The notes under the pieces are model-generated. The model saw only the letters and a program-made list of their open reading frames with translations, searched no databases and was not told the origin of the DNA. This document shows positions 1 through 14,000 of a stretch of DNA of 44,228 nt, piece after piece. Position numbers and translations under genes: made by a program. The stretch's first letter is position 1. Each line of letters starts with the position of its first letter. Origin of the DNA: Macrostomum lignano (Eukaryota); NCBI GenBank assembly GCA_002269645.1, contig NIVC01004103.1, forward strand, positions 1-44,228, read 5' to 3'.

Positions 1-1773
1 CTAGAAAGTTACTCGCGCAGCCAGAACTCATTGAGCATAGTGCTGAACATGGGCGGACATGATTTAAGGCGTCACATGATCCGGCTGTACATTAAGTGCG
101 TGATTTTTCTACGCCGCCAGATCGTCCAGATTGCGCGGCTGGCTCGCCAGCGAGGCGGTGCAACCGGCTCTTGCTCGAGTCGGTTCGCCGAATTTCGTGG
201 ATTTAGACATCATATTTAGTGCCAATGTTGACTGCGACTTCGACCCGGAGCTAGGCGGAGTGTCGCTACGTCGGTTTCTATTAAACTACGAGGACTGGGT
301 GAACTATTGCGGCTCCAGGCGAACTGACGATCCAATTCAGCCTAGCGGCGAGTCAGCTGACCAGCTGCGCCACTTCTGCCTTGCCTGTCCCTATTGGCTA
401 GGCGAGCCCAGAGTAACAACAGCAATCTGGCTGAGTCTTTGTTCACTTTTCACGCTCTGTTTAAAGGCGACTTTCGTATTGACTCGCCGGCAGATGAATG
501 GGTGCTGTCGGATATTGACATCCTGCGCAGGGTCCTGTCACCGGCTGTGCACATGACGCTGCGCCTGTTGAGATTATCACCTGGGCGAGATGTATGACGA
601 TAACAATGCTCTGTACTCGGCTATTGAGTCGTACGAAACCGACTGGGTGATCTGTCACGAGACAGATCCGAAATGGCGAGTTGCTGTGCTGCAGAACCGG
701 CCGCAGCTCATGGCTCTGCGGCACACAGCCGAAGATGGTCAAATGGATTTCCACGTGGTGCAAATGAAACTGGACCAGCTTAGATTCAACCTCATCAAGC
801 TGAATCCTGAGAGCGTCCGAGGCCTTTGGGCAGGCCAGCAGATTGAGCTGATCTTCTTTCGCAATCAGAACTCTGAACGGGGCTCTATACAGAACCAGAC
901 TAGCGTGCTGAGGAATATGATCAACTCCTCATGCGACGATCCTGTTGGCTATCCAGCCTACGTGTCGCCTTTGCTCACCTCTTTCTCAACTCGATCGCCG
1001 CTCTACACTCGCTATTTGGGCCCCGAATGGTCATTGAGACGGTTTTTCACCTCGGTTAGAGATTGCCTTCTAGCCTGCGCTTTGCACTGCCGTACTGTGG
1101 CTAATAACCCTAGCAGTTGTCCACCTCCGCAGATGCAGCAGCAGCAGCAACAACAACAACAGCAGCAGCAGCAACAACAACCGTCGCTACCATCTTGCCA
1201 AGATCTTCAACAGCAGCAACAAAGAGCGTCTAGTCTTCGTTCAAACTCCAGCCAACGCAGTCGAGCTTTTGCAGCTATCGTGTCCGAGTTGTCTGTCCGA
1301 ATCAGAACCTTCTGCTGCCGGATAATGCTCGCCTAAAAGGCTTAGTTTGGCCTACTGGTCTGATCGGACCAGATCAACTATTGGCTACGCAAGCTGCTCA
1401 ACTTGAGCACTTGACTCAACGCCTAGTGGAGGGTCGCGTTTTGCACGCTTGGACGCCGGGTAACGGCGGTGGCGGCGGTGGCGATTCAAAACACCGATCG
1501 CCGATCAATCAACCGGTGCTGCTGGTGGAAATGCGAGCGGCTTCAGTTGGTGGCCCGCAGATCTGTGCTCTGGTGCTGGCCCAGCATGCTATCCGCATTG
1601 AAGAGCCTCAGCAGCCGCAGCAGCAACAGTCTTCCACAGAGTCGACTGCTCAAGCGCCGCCTCGGGTGTTAATATTGCCGTCGAGAAATGACGGTACTAC
1701 TGCCACCGATCATAGTAATACGGACGGTAATGAGAACGGCGAAGAATACGAAGATAATGTGGCTGTGGTTTGA
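1..1773 (+). CDS. PCNX: Pecanex-like protein, C-terminal region (5' truncated by window; at least 4 apparent frameshifts)
   Basis: Pecanex_C motifs recognisable across successive frames: GSPNFVDLD..FSANVDCDFD, HALFKGDFRIDSPADEW, ESVRGLWAGQQIELIFFRN.NSERGSIQN, LRNMINSSCDDPVGYPAYVSPL, and then GLVWP...VEGRVLHAWTP...PVLLVEM to the stop at 1771-1773. Frame changes near 104-108 (T5 run), ~385, ~571 and ~1230-1290. Confidence 0.93.
1136..1180 (+). repeat. CAG/CAA trinucleotide repeat encoding Q15 within pecanex
   Basis: 15 consecutive CAG/CAA codons read directly. Confidence 0.95.
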
Positions 1774-3639
1774 GAACGCATGGTTACTCCATTACTGGTA
1801 ATATTTGTAAACAGGCTGGTTATTATCGATTTTGACTTATCTAAATGAGACTTTAGACCAGCAAAAATGAGTTACGCCATTATGTTGCATAGACACCTAT
1901 CAGACACAAATATTGAACATATTTTAATCCGGATTCTGCACGATGAGCATGCGGAGTCTTAGGCTGCTGGTGTGAAGTTTCATTTAGAATGTTAAAATCG
2001 ATATATTCAACTTTTAGTTGACTTGTGTTTTCCATGATCTATCAACATTTTTGCTTTTACGTTTTATTAATCTGGGCTGAAAAAAACTTAATTAACGGTA
2101 GCTGTGTTGTTTGCACCAAGTACTCCTAATCCCTTTTATAGCGATTAAGTTAATTTATTAACATTTAATAAATCTTGCTACTCAAGGCTCTGCTACTGCT
2201 GCTTCTTGTGTCTTTCTATAAATATCCCTAACAGTGCATTGTCTGATCGAACGCTTAATCAAGTTGATGTGACTATATTTTTTTAACATCTGACTCAATA
2301 TATTTGTCTTTCTTCCGTCTGCTTTTATAATGCTTCTCTCGCACTCGCTCACACACAAACAAAGACACAATTTGTCTTTATTTACTGTTCTTAGACATGG
2401 AGCAACAACTTAACCTGACGCTTACAAACTTGCGAATAATTTGAATAATTTGAAGCTATACGCACATAAAAATTCAGTGTTTAGTGTTCTGTTACTGGCT
2501 ACAAAGCTTGTTTATATATTCCATTGTTACCCTGTAATATAAACTAATTATTGTCGGATTTGTGTTGCCGTTTGTTTAATTCTTTCTAAACGCTTACTCT
2601 GTTGAATGTTTCCATCGACTGTAAAAAAATTGAAAACAATTGATAAGAAATCAATACAAAGATGAACTGCGAGCCTATCAATATTTGTTTAATTGACTTG
2701 CCTCTATCAAGTAATAATGAACTTCAAGATCATTAATTGTCTTTCAGAGTTGATTAACTTAAGAATTGGGATTCCGTCAAATTGAGACGCATTACCGCAC
2801 GAAAGCAGATAGCCCAATGCTTCGTTCTTCCACCCCACCTTGTGACCGGTTGTGGAAATCAATAATTTTGCTTCAGTGCGCTAAAATATAGTGCCTGCAT
2901 CGCCAAAATGAGCGCTGACAACACCGTCACACCGATTCTAAAAATAATGTACATGTAGGCATTTAGTCATGTACGTGTAAAATATTTGACTTTGTCCCGT
3001 CATCATAAAATCCATGGCGACGCCTCGAATAAAACCATGTGTGACTCATCCAGTTAGTCCCAAAATCTCAAACCGCTAATTGACAAGCAATTTTGTACTT
3101 TCTGACCCAATGTCCAATGCAGCACGAAAGAGGGTTTGCTTCCTGATCTCGGCAGTTTAACTGATGACGTACTGATGCAAACAGAAAGTGAGTCGCCGCT
3201 GGTGCCTTCACTGTAAAAAACTGCTGATTCCAAACACTAACAAAAGAAGACGTTCAGCGAGAGATCGATAAGTGGTAGCTCTGATCCTTGCGACGTTAGC
3301 GACGTCAGGCCGACGCTTCCGAAGTCGCTGACAAATATGTACTTTTACATTGCATCGACTGATAACGACGTCATGCATCGGCTGAACGTCGCGTGAAACG
3401 TCACCCGACGTGGCTGACGTCGGATTGCAATACAGGAAATCTTTGAGACAGAGGTATGACGAAAAACACGTCTTACGGGATACAGGCGGTGATCCATCTC
3501 TAACGGTTTTTATAATAGCTGTTGTTGCCGGGGGATCCGTCGACTGGATAGGCTGTCAAAGCAGAAGCTGTGGATTGAAGCCAATGTCGACACCGTCTAG
3601 TTCAATATTTTTTCTGGCTAAATTGCTATTTTGACGTTT

Positions 3640-4270
3640 AAACTTCGGGTTGACGGTACGCACCTGTGATGGCGCGGCAGAGGCTGCCCTGCAGCTGGTA
3701 AAGACGCTCACGGCGGTCTTCTGCTCCAGCGCGCTAGACCAGATGAGACTCGCGTACGTGATGCTGGGCCGGATGATGCAGGTATAAATCCAACGGACCG
3801 TTCTTGGCGAGAGGCCCAGGTCGGCCCGATGGCGTTTTCAAGGTGCTTCGTCCAGCGCAGGTCATGCGTTAGCGTCACACCGAGATATTTGACCTCCTTC
3901 TTGAAGGGGATGTTCCTGCCATAGACAGTGAGGTTTTGCATCTCCCACGCACGGCGCTTGGTGAAGACGACAGCAACGGTCTCACTGGATCATAAAATAA
4001 ATCCAGCGGACAATGCTGTGTCTCATTCCTGCAGGAAAGGAGTTTCTGAAGGAGCGGAATAGGACATTGTCAAACGCTCCTTCGAAGTCTACAAACATCC
4101 CGCAAGCGAGTTGTTTGCTAAGGATGGCACTCTCGAACTTGGAGGTAACGGCATGGAGAGCGTGCTCAGTCGCGTCTTCCCAGGCTGGAAGGCGCGTACG
4201 GTACTTACTGACGGGGGCGTAGCACAGGTCGCACTCTCGGAGCCTCCACAGGATGAGCCTCTCCATCAGC
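3640..4270 (-). mobile_element. Degenerate non-LTR retrotransposon (LINE, R1/LOA/I-like) reverse transcriptase fragment
   Basis: MERLILWRL...TEHALHAV...GMFVDFEGAFDNV (RT domains 2-3), [11 protein letters not shown]...[20 protein letters not shown] (RT domain 7), and a frameshifted [12 protein letters not shown] / ITGAYRS tail. The QG and YADD segments are absent. Confidence 0.88.
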
Positions 4271-4389
4271 TTAACGTTAGAACTAACTGTGGGTGTGACA
4301 GTTTTTTTAGGTGTAACTAATTTCTGAAAGAGTCTTAGACAATGAAGTCTATAAAACTGACGTTAATATATTATCGATCTCTTTCGAAT

Positions 4390-4780
4390 TTAAGTTGTAG
4401 CATTCAAAGTACTAAGACTCACAGTGTAGCAGATTTTGTAGATCGAGTTTTTGAAATATCCACTGCACAGCTGGGATGACTTACCAGAGCAGGCAGAGCT
4501 GCACTGACTCTCAGGAGCGGCTCCGATCGAGCGAGCCGTAGGCGGAACCACAGCTGCAGTACCTTCAGGCTTGAGCACCGAAGTACATGTATAGCGGAAC
4601 CGACCGTAGGCGCAGATTTGGCTGCTAAGCTCCAGTTAAGTCTGCTTCTAGTATTGCTGTCTTTGTAGCAACCGACGAAGCGAAATTTCAGAGGTTGTGG
4701 GGTACGATAGCCTCAGTGGTTGTCCACGTCCACAGAAGCAGAAAGCTAGTGATGAGGCTCTTCAGAAGCATGGTTTTCAT
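4390..4780 (-). pseudogene. Secreted WSC-domain protein, disrupted (frameshifts plus in-frame TGA)
   Basis: Manual translation: signal-like MKTMLLKSLITSFLLLWTWTTTEA, then FRFVGCYKDSNTRSRL, YFGAQA*RYCSCGSAYG, and APESQCSSACSGKSSQLCSGYFKNSIY. This is the WSC cysteine pattern spread over several frames. Confidence 0.75.
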
Positions 4781-5495
4781 GCTGATAAAAAAACTATTGG
4801 GGCAGACAAACACCCCTGAATTTCACTTCTTCTTCTGAGTGGAAAGGCAGCTTTTTTCACCTTAAACCACCTGTTTCTTTCTATCCTAATGTGAGAATTT
4901 TTGTCGAAATAAGCAGACACTTCCAAGCCTTAGTGTATTAGAGCAGCTGTGCGGTGGAGCCTACAAAAATTCAATCTACGAAATCAGCTACCAACCAGGT
5001 AAGACAATAGGTGAATTTGTAACCTGTTGTGTGTGTTTCTCAAATTTTAATTAAGTGATTACACAGAGCGGAGCCACTTTTAAAGGGGACGTGTACTTTA
5101 GAGTCAAAATGGAGCCTGAAGTATTGGGTCCCGATTTCTCTACGCGACTACGGGAATGCGGCAGGGTCGGGCCATCAATTATCGGGAGACGAACCTTCAA
5201 AAGGACAGTGGAGCGGCCGGATCGCGATCACTCGTAGCGGACGACGACGCTGATCTCGGGGCAGGATGGGTATTAGCGATGAGCTGTTGAAAGTGCCCAG
5301 TTGACTTTCTGTACAGGCCATGACATTCAAAGAAGTCCATCATGTATTACCAAGTGACAAGACTGTTAAGAAACTCCTCTTTTAGAAAATAGCATTTAGG
5401 CAGTTTGGCTCCTCCAATTGATTTCTTAGATAACACAGATTTACGAAGCGTTCTTCGCAGGCCACACTGCTCTGATGACTGCACTGACATCTGTC

Positions 5496-5541
5496 CAAGG
5501 ACCACTAGGAACACATCGTTACCCTAGTCTAGTAGTCCTTG
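5496..5541. mobile_element. 46-bp micro-MITE with 13-bp TIRs and 8-bp target-site duplication (hAT/P-like)
   Basis: caaggaccactag ... ctagtagtccttg (12/13 inverted match), flanked by catctgtc (5488-5495) and catctgtt (5542-5549). Confidence 0.65.
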
Positions 5542-6178
5542 CATCTGTTATGTTCGGAGAATAATCTTAATCCAAAAATCAATCGTCCGAGGAATTTGAT
5601 GAGATCGGTCGTCGTTTTAGACTCCACAGCGAATCGTAAAAAAATCTGCTTATAGAGTTGAGATATTTGCTTCAATATAATGTATTTTTCAACCGTGCAG
5701 TCTTTATCGCGAGACATTTAAATATGGACGGACATTTAAATATCGAGTCGTGGTAAAAATCTATTCACTCTAATCTACCATGTACTGTACGAGCGCATGG
5801 TGTACGTAATATGTAGTACGTAGTACCAAATATATAGACGATTTCAGAAACAATCAGACAAATATAGATCAATAGCTGCACTAAAAAGCCAAAATATCAC
5901 AAGTCCGAATTATCAATTCTGAATACCCCGGTTCCAATGAGTGTCCTGTGTTCATGTATATATTCATATGACAATGAACAAAACAATATAAAATATGGCT
6001 AAGCTGCTATAGACAGCACAAAAAGCTGGAAATTGGGAATTTACGAGCGTTTGTATAAATAATAGGCGTGATGATTTTTTGTATAGCAAACCTTTAATCA
6101 GTAGTGTAAGTGTGGATTATCTATAATTTTTAAGTTGAGTTTGTTTACTGGCGATAGTTAAAAACAATTTCAATTTGG

Positions 6179-7481
6179 TTAAGCGCATGATTCCTTGTCT
6201 ATAACTATCGCTGGTATCTGCTCAGGACTACTATTTTGTCCTTCCTCGTCTTCAAACTGCTGCTTTGATGCTTCTTCAATGGCGCATTTCAAATTCCTGC
6301 GTAGGCAGCTCTTCTCTTTGCAATATAAGATCGAATGAATAGATCCCGAGCTGAATGCAAATCTCAGATCGAATAGCAGCTTACCTGAGACCAAATAGAT
6401 TGTGCCACATCTGGCCGCTTTAAGGATTCGCATAAAATCTTTCTTTCGGTGGCACTTAAACCCGGCCAGAAGTTTGCTTAACCTTTGTTTGCCATCTTCG
6501 TCCGGGATAACCGATCGAGCGTCATCATCCGGTATCGGTTTGAGTTTGATCTGAAGTTTCCAAATCGGATGCTGCTCGCAGAACTCGCGACAGTTGCAGT
6601 CGTGCAACAGCACCGTCAACTCATCTTCGCCTGATAGAAACGAGAAAGCGGGTTTTTTTCTAGGCCGTCTGTCGTTGAAGTTGATTGACTTCACTGAGAC
6701 GTAGCGTATTTTCTTGCCGTTCTGGTTTGTTATGGAGAAATCGTAGGCGACGGTTTCACTTGTCACGGAATGCTCCGGATGCGTGTACGGCTCGTGAAGG
6801 CAAACGTTCACTAGAGCATAAAACTCTTCAATCAGCGAACCGATTTGATTCTGATTGTTTGCACTGCTAATTTTGAACAGATCGATGAGGCATGGAATTT
6901 CCACCGATTTGAATTGGCATTTTAGAAATGACTTGCTTAGCTCTGTCAATAGCAGAGACATAGCTGTCGCTAAGGTAATTTTTGAGCTGTAGCGGTCAGG
7001 CAGCTCAGCGGAAACATCAGAGTATCTCCACATTAAGTTTGGTGAATCATCACCTTTCACAGCTGGCAGTTTACGTAGCCTAGGCCTACTGATGCGTCCT
7101 CTATTTGGTGGTGAAGACGATCTCCAACAGGAAATTTGTAAGAATGCGCTGCTCAGTAGCTCGCCGAGAAATCGTATTCGGAAGAGTCTTTTGGCAGCCA
7201 TCCAACTGGACAGTCAGAGTGTCAGCTGGACAGAACGTCGCCAGAATCACCAGCGCCGCTGCTTGAATAAACTTTGGTCGATATTTCAAGTCTTCATTGC
7301 TGTGTACTGTCTTCAATTCAACAAGAGCCTCTTGTATAAGAGAAGTAACGAAACGTTTGGCTTCGCTTATAGTTTCTTCTTTTTTGTCTTTACATTCTTC
7401 GCCGAGTCTTAGTGCTTGGACAACTTGATCGAGTTCCTCGAGGGAGCTCTTTATTCGCAGAAAATCATTTTCCGTACTCAT
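6179..7481 (-). CDS. Uncharacterised PD-(D/E)xK-like nuclease-fold protein, copy A (one apparent frameshift ~7100-7140; possible further 5' exons 7573-7770)
   Basis: ORFs 7101-7481 and 6179-7201 align consecutively with the single paralogous ORF at 16282-17526 (ALVILATFCP/ALMVVLTYEP; RISRPRLRK/ISFRRPIIRR; VEIPC.ID.F.ISS.NNQ; YDFSI..VSVKSINF; VLLHDCNC). Confidence 0.7.
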
Positions 7482-8077
7482 AGTTTAGTCTCAGAGGACT
7501 ACTGGATTAAGGCTCTTGTGTATTACAAATAGCTCGTACTTTGTTCAAGCAAGAGCAAAAATTTAAATACCTGAGCTCAGTACGGTCGTTAGGCTTTATC
7601 TGCCTGTACTGTTAGTGTGCAACTTACATCAGTCTGCTGGAGAAGAGAGTTATGGTGCTAAATACAGCAATTAACATCACTGTTCTTAGCTGAAAGCTTT
7701 CAGTAACAGTCTCGACGCTCTGCACAATCTTTACCTCTGCTTGCACAAATTTAGTAAAAAAGGGGCTAAAAAAGAAATAATTGAGGATAGAAGTATAAGC
7801 AATAAAAAATAAAACGCGCCATTCTGTTGCAACTGTACAGCATAACAAATTGAGAAGCAGCATCATTGTTATGACTACTTGAACCTGTTACTAAATATAA
7901 CAACCTAGCAATTTGTGTTTTGGGCATAAATTCTACCGACAAGCGCCTTCTCAGTAGAAATTTTCGCACAGCTGCCAAGTTAAGTTGTCACCAATGTTTC
8001 TCATACATTAGTAAGATCCAAGATACTGCGCGTTCCATAACATTCACAGCGCAAAAGCTGATAACGCCCCATGAAAA

Positions 8078-11000
8078 ATGGGGGTGAGTAATCATTTTTT
8101 GAGATCAATTAACAATCGCACTATTTCTTTTTGATTCGACGATTTATTAATGATGAATTAATTTCAGGAGGTTGCAAGAATACTGAAAAAAATTATCAAA
8201 TTGGCAATCGACTTCTCGGAGGATATCACCGAACTAGAAGAGTTGCTTCAGAACAAGCCCAACTACGAATATTTGAGTTCAGTTGAACTTACGGAGTTTT
8301 CCAAATACTATTGGCCGGTATGGAAAGTGGAAAACAGAGAAGTGTGCGGAGTACTCCTAAGGTAACTATAGCTCATTTCAGGTATTTTATTTTGACGCTT
8401 TTGATATTCCACGCTTATAGCGCAACAGCATTAAAAGCATTTACGGAGATCCATAGGTCTTAAGAAACATCTCGTGGAGTCAAAGTTTCCTTATGGTTCA
8501 AGTGTTGACACAAATTTATTAAGTTTTTTCAGCAACTTCTCATTGTTTTTAACAGTATGCGTTGATTTAGTTTAAATAAATTTGATAGTCCTACTTGTCT
8601 ACAGCTTAACTGGTCAAACTTCTTGCACTACTTGACTCACTACTTATTTACGAGCTAGCTATAAGTATTTAAAGTTTATCATCCAACCGTCATGTTTATT
8701 TTTTTCTTACGTCCAGCAAAATGATTACTTGTCGAGCAAAACAGTCAACATCGAATTCATTATTTTTATCTTTCAAATTAGGTACCGGTTCAGTCAGACG
8801 AAAGAAGATATTAAGGTAGGTGCACAGCCGTCGCATTGATGTTCACGCTTGTTATAAGTTGCAGTCAGTGCTTCATTAAATGATTTTCAATAATGACATT
8901 CAATTACCGCAGGTCGCGATTCATTTAGCCGACCTCAGCAGTCGAGGCCACATTGAGGCTCTAAAAAAAGTCGTAACTAAACAGAGCTGTCTTCTTAGAG
9001 ACTTGGAGGGACGCACTCCACTGATGTGGGCCGCCATGGGATGCTGGAAGCCTACCGAACGGCACCTGGAATGCGCTCAGCTGCTGCTCAATCGCGGCTC
9101 GGATCCATTGGCGGCCGATCTTCGAGGCGACACGGCGCTGCACTTTGCAGCTGCGTCTGGCAACCTGCCTGTCATTGAGCTGCTCATCAGAGCCAAGGCC
9201 GATGCTCAAGCAGCAAATCTGCAAGGTTTCACGGCACTGGACACGGCTCAGGCGCACGATAGGGTTGAAGCAAGCGCGTTGCTTCATTGTCTCACGGCAA
9301 GTCAGACGGACAATGTTAGCAGGTGAGTTGATCAAATTCTTTTAATCGCAAAGTAAATAATTTTGATTCATTTTCTCTTCTGAAAATTTGGTAAATTTTC
9401 GTAAAGCAATGCGACATTGATCCAGTTTTTGGTCTAGTTTTGATAATATATTTCGGAAGTTACGAAAACAAGCTAAGTTAGTCTTTTTGTTCCTACCTAC
9501 TTGAAGTACTCATTTATTATTTACATCTACGAATGTTTTTACATTACTTTAGCTAAAATTGTCTAAGTTAAGTTATTTTTGCAATTCACAGATAAAGAGT
9601 GTCTTTTCGAGTTTAATTTTATTACCTTTCCTGACAACTGGAGTTAGGAGGTTAGGTTATTATCCAATAATTATAGGAGGCTCGAATTTTGTATTTACAC
9701 ACGTACGCGATCACATCGTACATTAGTTTCTTTATCAAAGGCTAAAAAATACTTGAACATTAATATTTTGTTTCATCAAAAACGCCGCCATTTTTTACTC
9801 GTACTAAGATTTCACTAGTAGCTAGCAGAAGGAATTTTCGAGCTAAATAAAAAACTGCTTCTCTATCCAGCAGACACACAGTGGACAAGCGTGGATCTTC
9901 ACAGCCAAAGCTCGTAAAAACGCCCTCCGCTACGGCAGAGCCTGTTGCTTCTTCAGCCAAGACTTCGTCCGAAAATCGAAAGGTAAAATTATCGATGAAG
10001 ATAAGATACAGTATTTGTGTCACTCAGAGCTTAAGCTCTGTTAATTAGAAGTAAAGTGTAAGTTTACTCTTCATAATGAAACGAATTCATTATTTTAGCT
10101 TCTGCACCAACTCGCCTCGGCAGTCATCAATGGACAGCTGGACGAGGTGAAACGCATTGCAAGTCCGAACTTGATTGAGGAACGCCTTGATGATGACAGC
10201 AAGACAGTGCTAATGCTTGTTGCTGACTCTGACCAGTGGCACTCCGCATCCTATAGCAACTGTGTTGAGCACATTTTGAATCTCGGAGCCAATCCAGAGA
10301 CAAAAGACGTCAATGGAGACACACCGGTTCATTTAGCCGCTCAACAAAACAATATTAAACTGCTCACCCTGTTTCCGTATAGCGTCAAATTTTTGAAGAA
10401 CAATACAGGACAAACTCCGCTCATGGTAGCTGTCTTAAACTGCAGTTGGAGGTGTTGCAAGCACCTGCTTCATTTGTTCCGTCAGATAAGATACAGGCAA
10501 GACAAGGAAGAACTTCTGCATTTGAAGGACAATGATGCAAGAAGTGCTCTGGATTACGCCAGACTCAGTGGTCGCGCGGATTTAGCTAAATACATCGAAA
10601 CGTATGTTTGAATTTATATTATAAAAAGTAATTCCAATTTTTGTACTACTACGAGCGTATATGCAGCAAACGATTTCTTGTCAATTTTTAGGGAGCTGAA
10701 TTTAACTGTGTCGGATACATATCCTTGTATCAGCGGTCTCACTGAGGAGGTGAGTTGGTTTTTTTAACCTGAACGATGACGAACAATCTCCCCTATTCAG
10801 CGTATTGCTTAGTGGTAGCATTGGATATTTAATAGTACTCGTACGCATACAATTAATTAACAGTTGATAGCAGTAGATAGCAGCGGAGGGTAATGTTGCT
10901 AGAGAAGCCAAAACTCGTAAAGAAAAGTAGCTTAAGGTTTCAAACCAATAGAAGTTATATTCTTAATAGAATTTTTATAAGCTAATTTTTAGCCAAGTAG

Positions 11001-14000
11001 TAGTGTCAAAACGTTTTAACGAGATTATGCGTACATATACTCAGCAAAATTGAAAAGACGCCACCCTTTGCCCCAGTGAGCAGTGTCTTTCGACCAGCGT
11101 TTATCACCTGGCCAACCATTTTGATATTAAATAATGCTTGAAAAAACAATGACAAACGGGCGGAAGCTTCAATCCATCCCATTCTTCGCCCTCCGCTCTT
11201 GCCAATCCCTCCTTACCCAGCCCAACTCTGCGTCGCGTGGCGCAAGTTGCGGCTGTTGCGCCACTCAAAAGTCAATACTATAAAACTAGACTTTACTGCG
11301 CACTCGGTAAGGTGGCGACTTTTTAATGTTGTTGAGCATACATTTAGAAGATAACAGCAAATATGCTTCTAAATAGAATTTAGTTGTAGATCGTAGATAG
11401 ATTGTTAAGGAACTTTATGCCGTGAGTGAATTATCCCTAACGAGCTAAATACACACGAAATGCCAAAATCCATGGTAAATCCTCTATTGCAGCAAGAGTC
11501 TGCTCAAACAAAGCTTTTCAGCCTGGTGCAAAAAGGCGACCCAGACGGTGAATTGAAGCAGTTGGCAGACCACACCAACTGCGACCTGCCTAACGCTTTG
11601 TGTCAAACCGTCTTCATGCGAGCAGTCTGGAGCAGGCGGTGCAGTCAAAAAAATCTAGAATTTCTGGCCAACTATGCAGATTCAAGCTGCAGCGATGTTT
11701 TTGGCTCCAGCTGTCTTCACTGGGCGGCTCGCTACGACAGAGAAGCTTCGATCAAGCTGCTAGTGAAAGCCGGCGCTTCAGTCAACTCACCCGACCAAGC
11801 AGGCAAAACGCCGCTAATGTGCGCCTCAGAAAATGGCAAACGTCGAGCGGTTGAACTGCTTCTTAGTTTTGGAGCCGACAGGAACTTGACTGACTGCGAA
11901 GGTCGCACTGCCGCACGATGGGCCGAGATGAAGAACGATGACGAAATTGCAGCTTTGCTACGGAAGCTACCAGGGTAAAGTTTCAGCCTCAATTTAATCT
12001 CTCAAAAATTGAAGTACCGTACAAACTACGAGCGTATGCTTGATAATTTTCCCAAGGGATCAATAATCTAGTTTTTGATTTCATTTCTTCCTGAAACTTC
12101 AGTTGTAAACTTTTCACTCCTTCATATCTTCCGGTGACTTTTCAAGATTCGAATTACCAAAATGTCCCGTAATTTAGAATTTTCAGAGAAATCTGCGAAT
12201 ATAATTTCGACTGTCTTTACCCTGACTGCAAAAATCCTATGGCATTCCATTTTTTTATTATGAGCTAGCTAGTAATAATGACAATAATGTATCTACAGAG
12301 GGGTTCTGGGCCCCCTTCGCAAAGCCCTCATCGACATCGCCTCAAAACCAACGTTGAGATAATTCTGCCCATTCCGCTGATTCGTGAGCACAGATAAACG
12401 CGCCAATACTGTACATGTACACAGGCACTTATTTTTACACGTAGCTTTCTAATCGTCACGCATCCTGTACACTCTGTAGTTGTACACTCTGTGCCTTGGG
12501 GATCAGTCCTCATGTTTGTAAATTGCACGACAAACTTTGAATCACTTTTCAGAGACACAGTCGAGAAGCCAGAGCAAACCGTAGCGAGTTCAGCGCAGCC
12601 GACTGGTTCACAGCTGGTGCAAGTAGTACCGTCAGTGACTGCCGACATATCTCAGACGGACGACGCTGGATCAAATAAAAAACCTCCTGTGGTTGATAGC
12701 CTTTTCAGAGGGTAGGACTGAATAACACATTTTTTATTTAATAACTAAACTTATTCTTATTAACGCAATACTTTGTGCATTTTTTATCCAGATCCAACTT
12801 TGTTCGTCAACCGCAAAATCAAATTAGTCGTCTCATCCGGCATACAAAATACGACCGTAGTAACCGTAGTAGCACCAAAACTGAAAGGTACAATACGGAA
12901 CTTTTTTTCTCAGATAGCTAGCTACCGTATTTATTGACTGTCAATATAGGTCCTGAATTCTAATCATTTTACTCGGTTCACAAACAAACTTCCTGTGTCA
13001 GATTTCAATGAAACATTTCAGTGGAATCGATTCGGAATATATGATTGCTGAAGAAGAGTAAGTGAAACCGAGTTTTCGTTGTAAAAATTATTTCGCTTGT
13101 GCTTTCTTAAATTATAAATCTTTTATTCCGACATGAAATTTTTCTAGAGACGAACAACCATCAGCTCAGAGCTCAGATATTTCTCCTGAAATTGGTATTT
13201 GCCATTGTGAAATTTTTAATGTAATTTTTACTGCCAACCCATGTGATGAAATACGAGTACAATACAATTTACAGATGCTGAGAGCTACGTTTCTGACATT
13301 TTTAATGGCGTTCCCGAGAATTGGCGGGATTCACTTCGAAATGTCATCAGCAAAGACTTCGAAGACGTTGAGAACTTTTTAGAGCAAGTTACTGATTCAA
13401 AAGAAAGAGAAAATTGCATTTTGGTACTCGCTGAGAAGGCCTCGGAACTGAACATGTGGAACATGACAGCACGTCTCGTGAAAATGATTGACGATGCCAA
13501 ATTAAGAAACGAATTTTTCACTAAATTCGCAGAATTGGCGGCTAGCCAAGACTATTCAGTTGAAGCTCTGCTTCTTGCCAATTGCACGAGGAATAGCCAT
13601 ATCCGTGACAAATGCCTGGTCACTTCAGCAGAAGCCGCAGCCAAGCAGAACTACTGGGACACAGCGCGTTCGTTGATTAGCAAAATCAAGGACCACGATA
13701 GTAGGGACTCCTGCTACAGCAAAACAGTAAACTTGGCCTTAGCTGAACGCTCCATTAGCTTACAACAATGGAGCGTTGCCATCTCACTTGTCGGTAAGAT
13801 TGAAGACTCGAGTACTAAAAGTCAGACTGCAGCTAAAGCATTCGAACTGGCTGTGGTTCAAAATCGACAGAGTCTTTTCAACTTCTTATTAGAATGCGTG
13901 AGCCAGCAACCGCTAAAGGACCAGTGCCGATTAAACGCCTCTATTGCATTGATCGGTCGTGGAGATTGGAAATTAGGGAGGAAGTTATTGGAACCAATTC

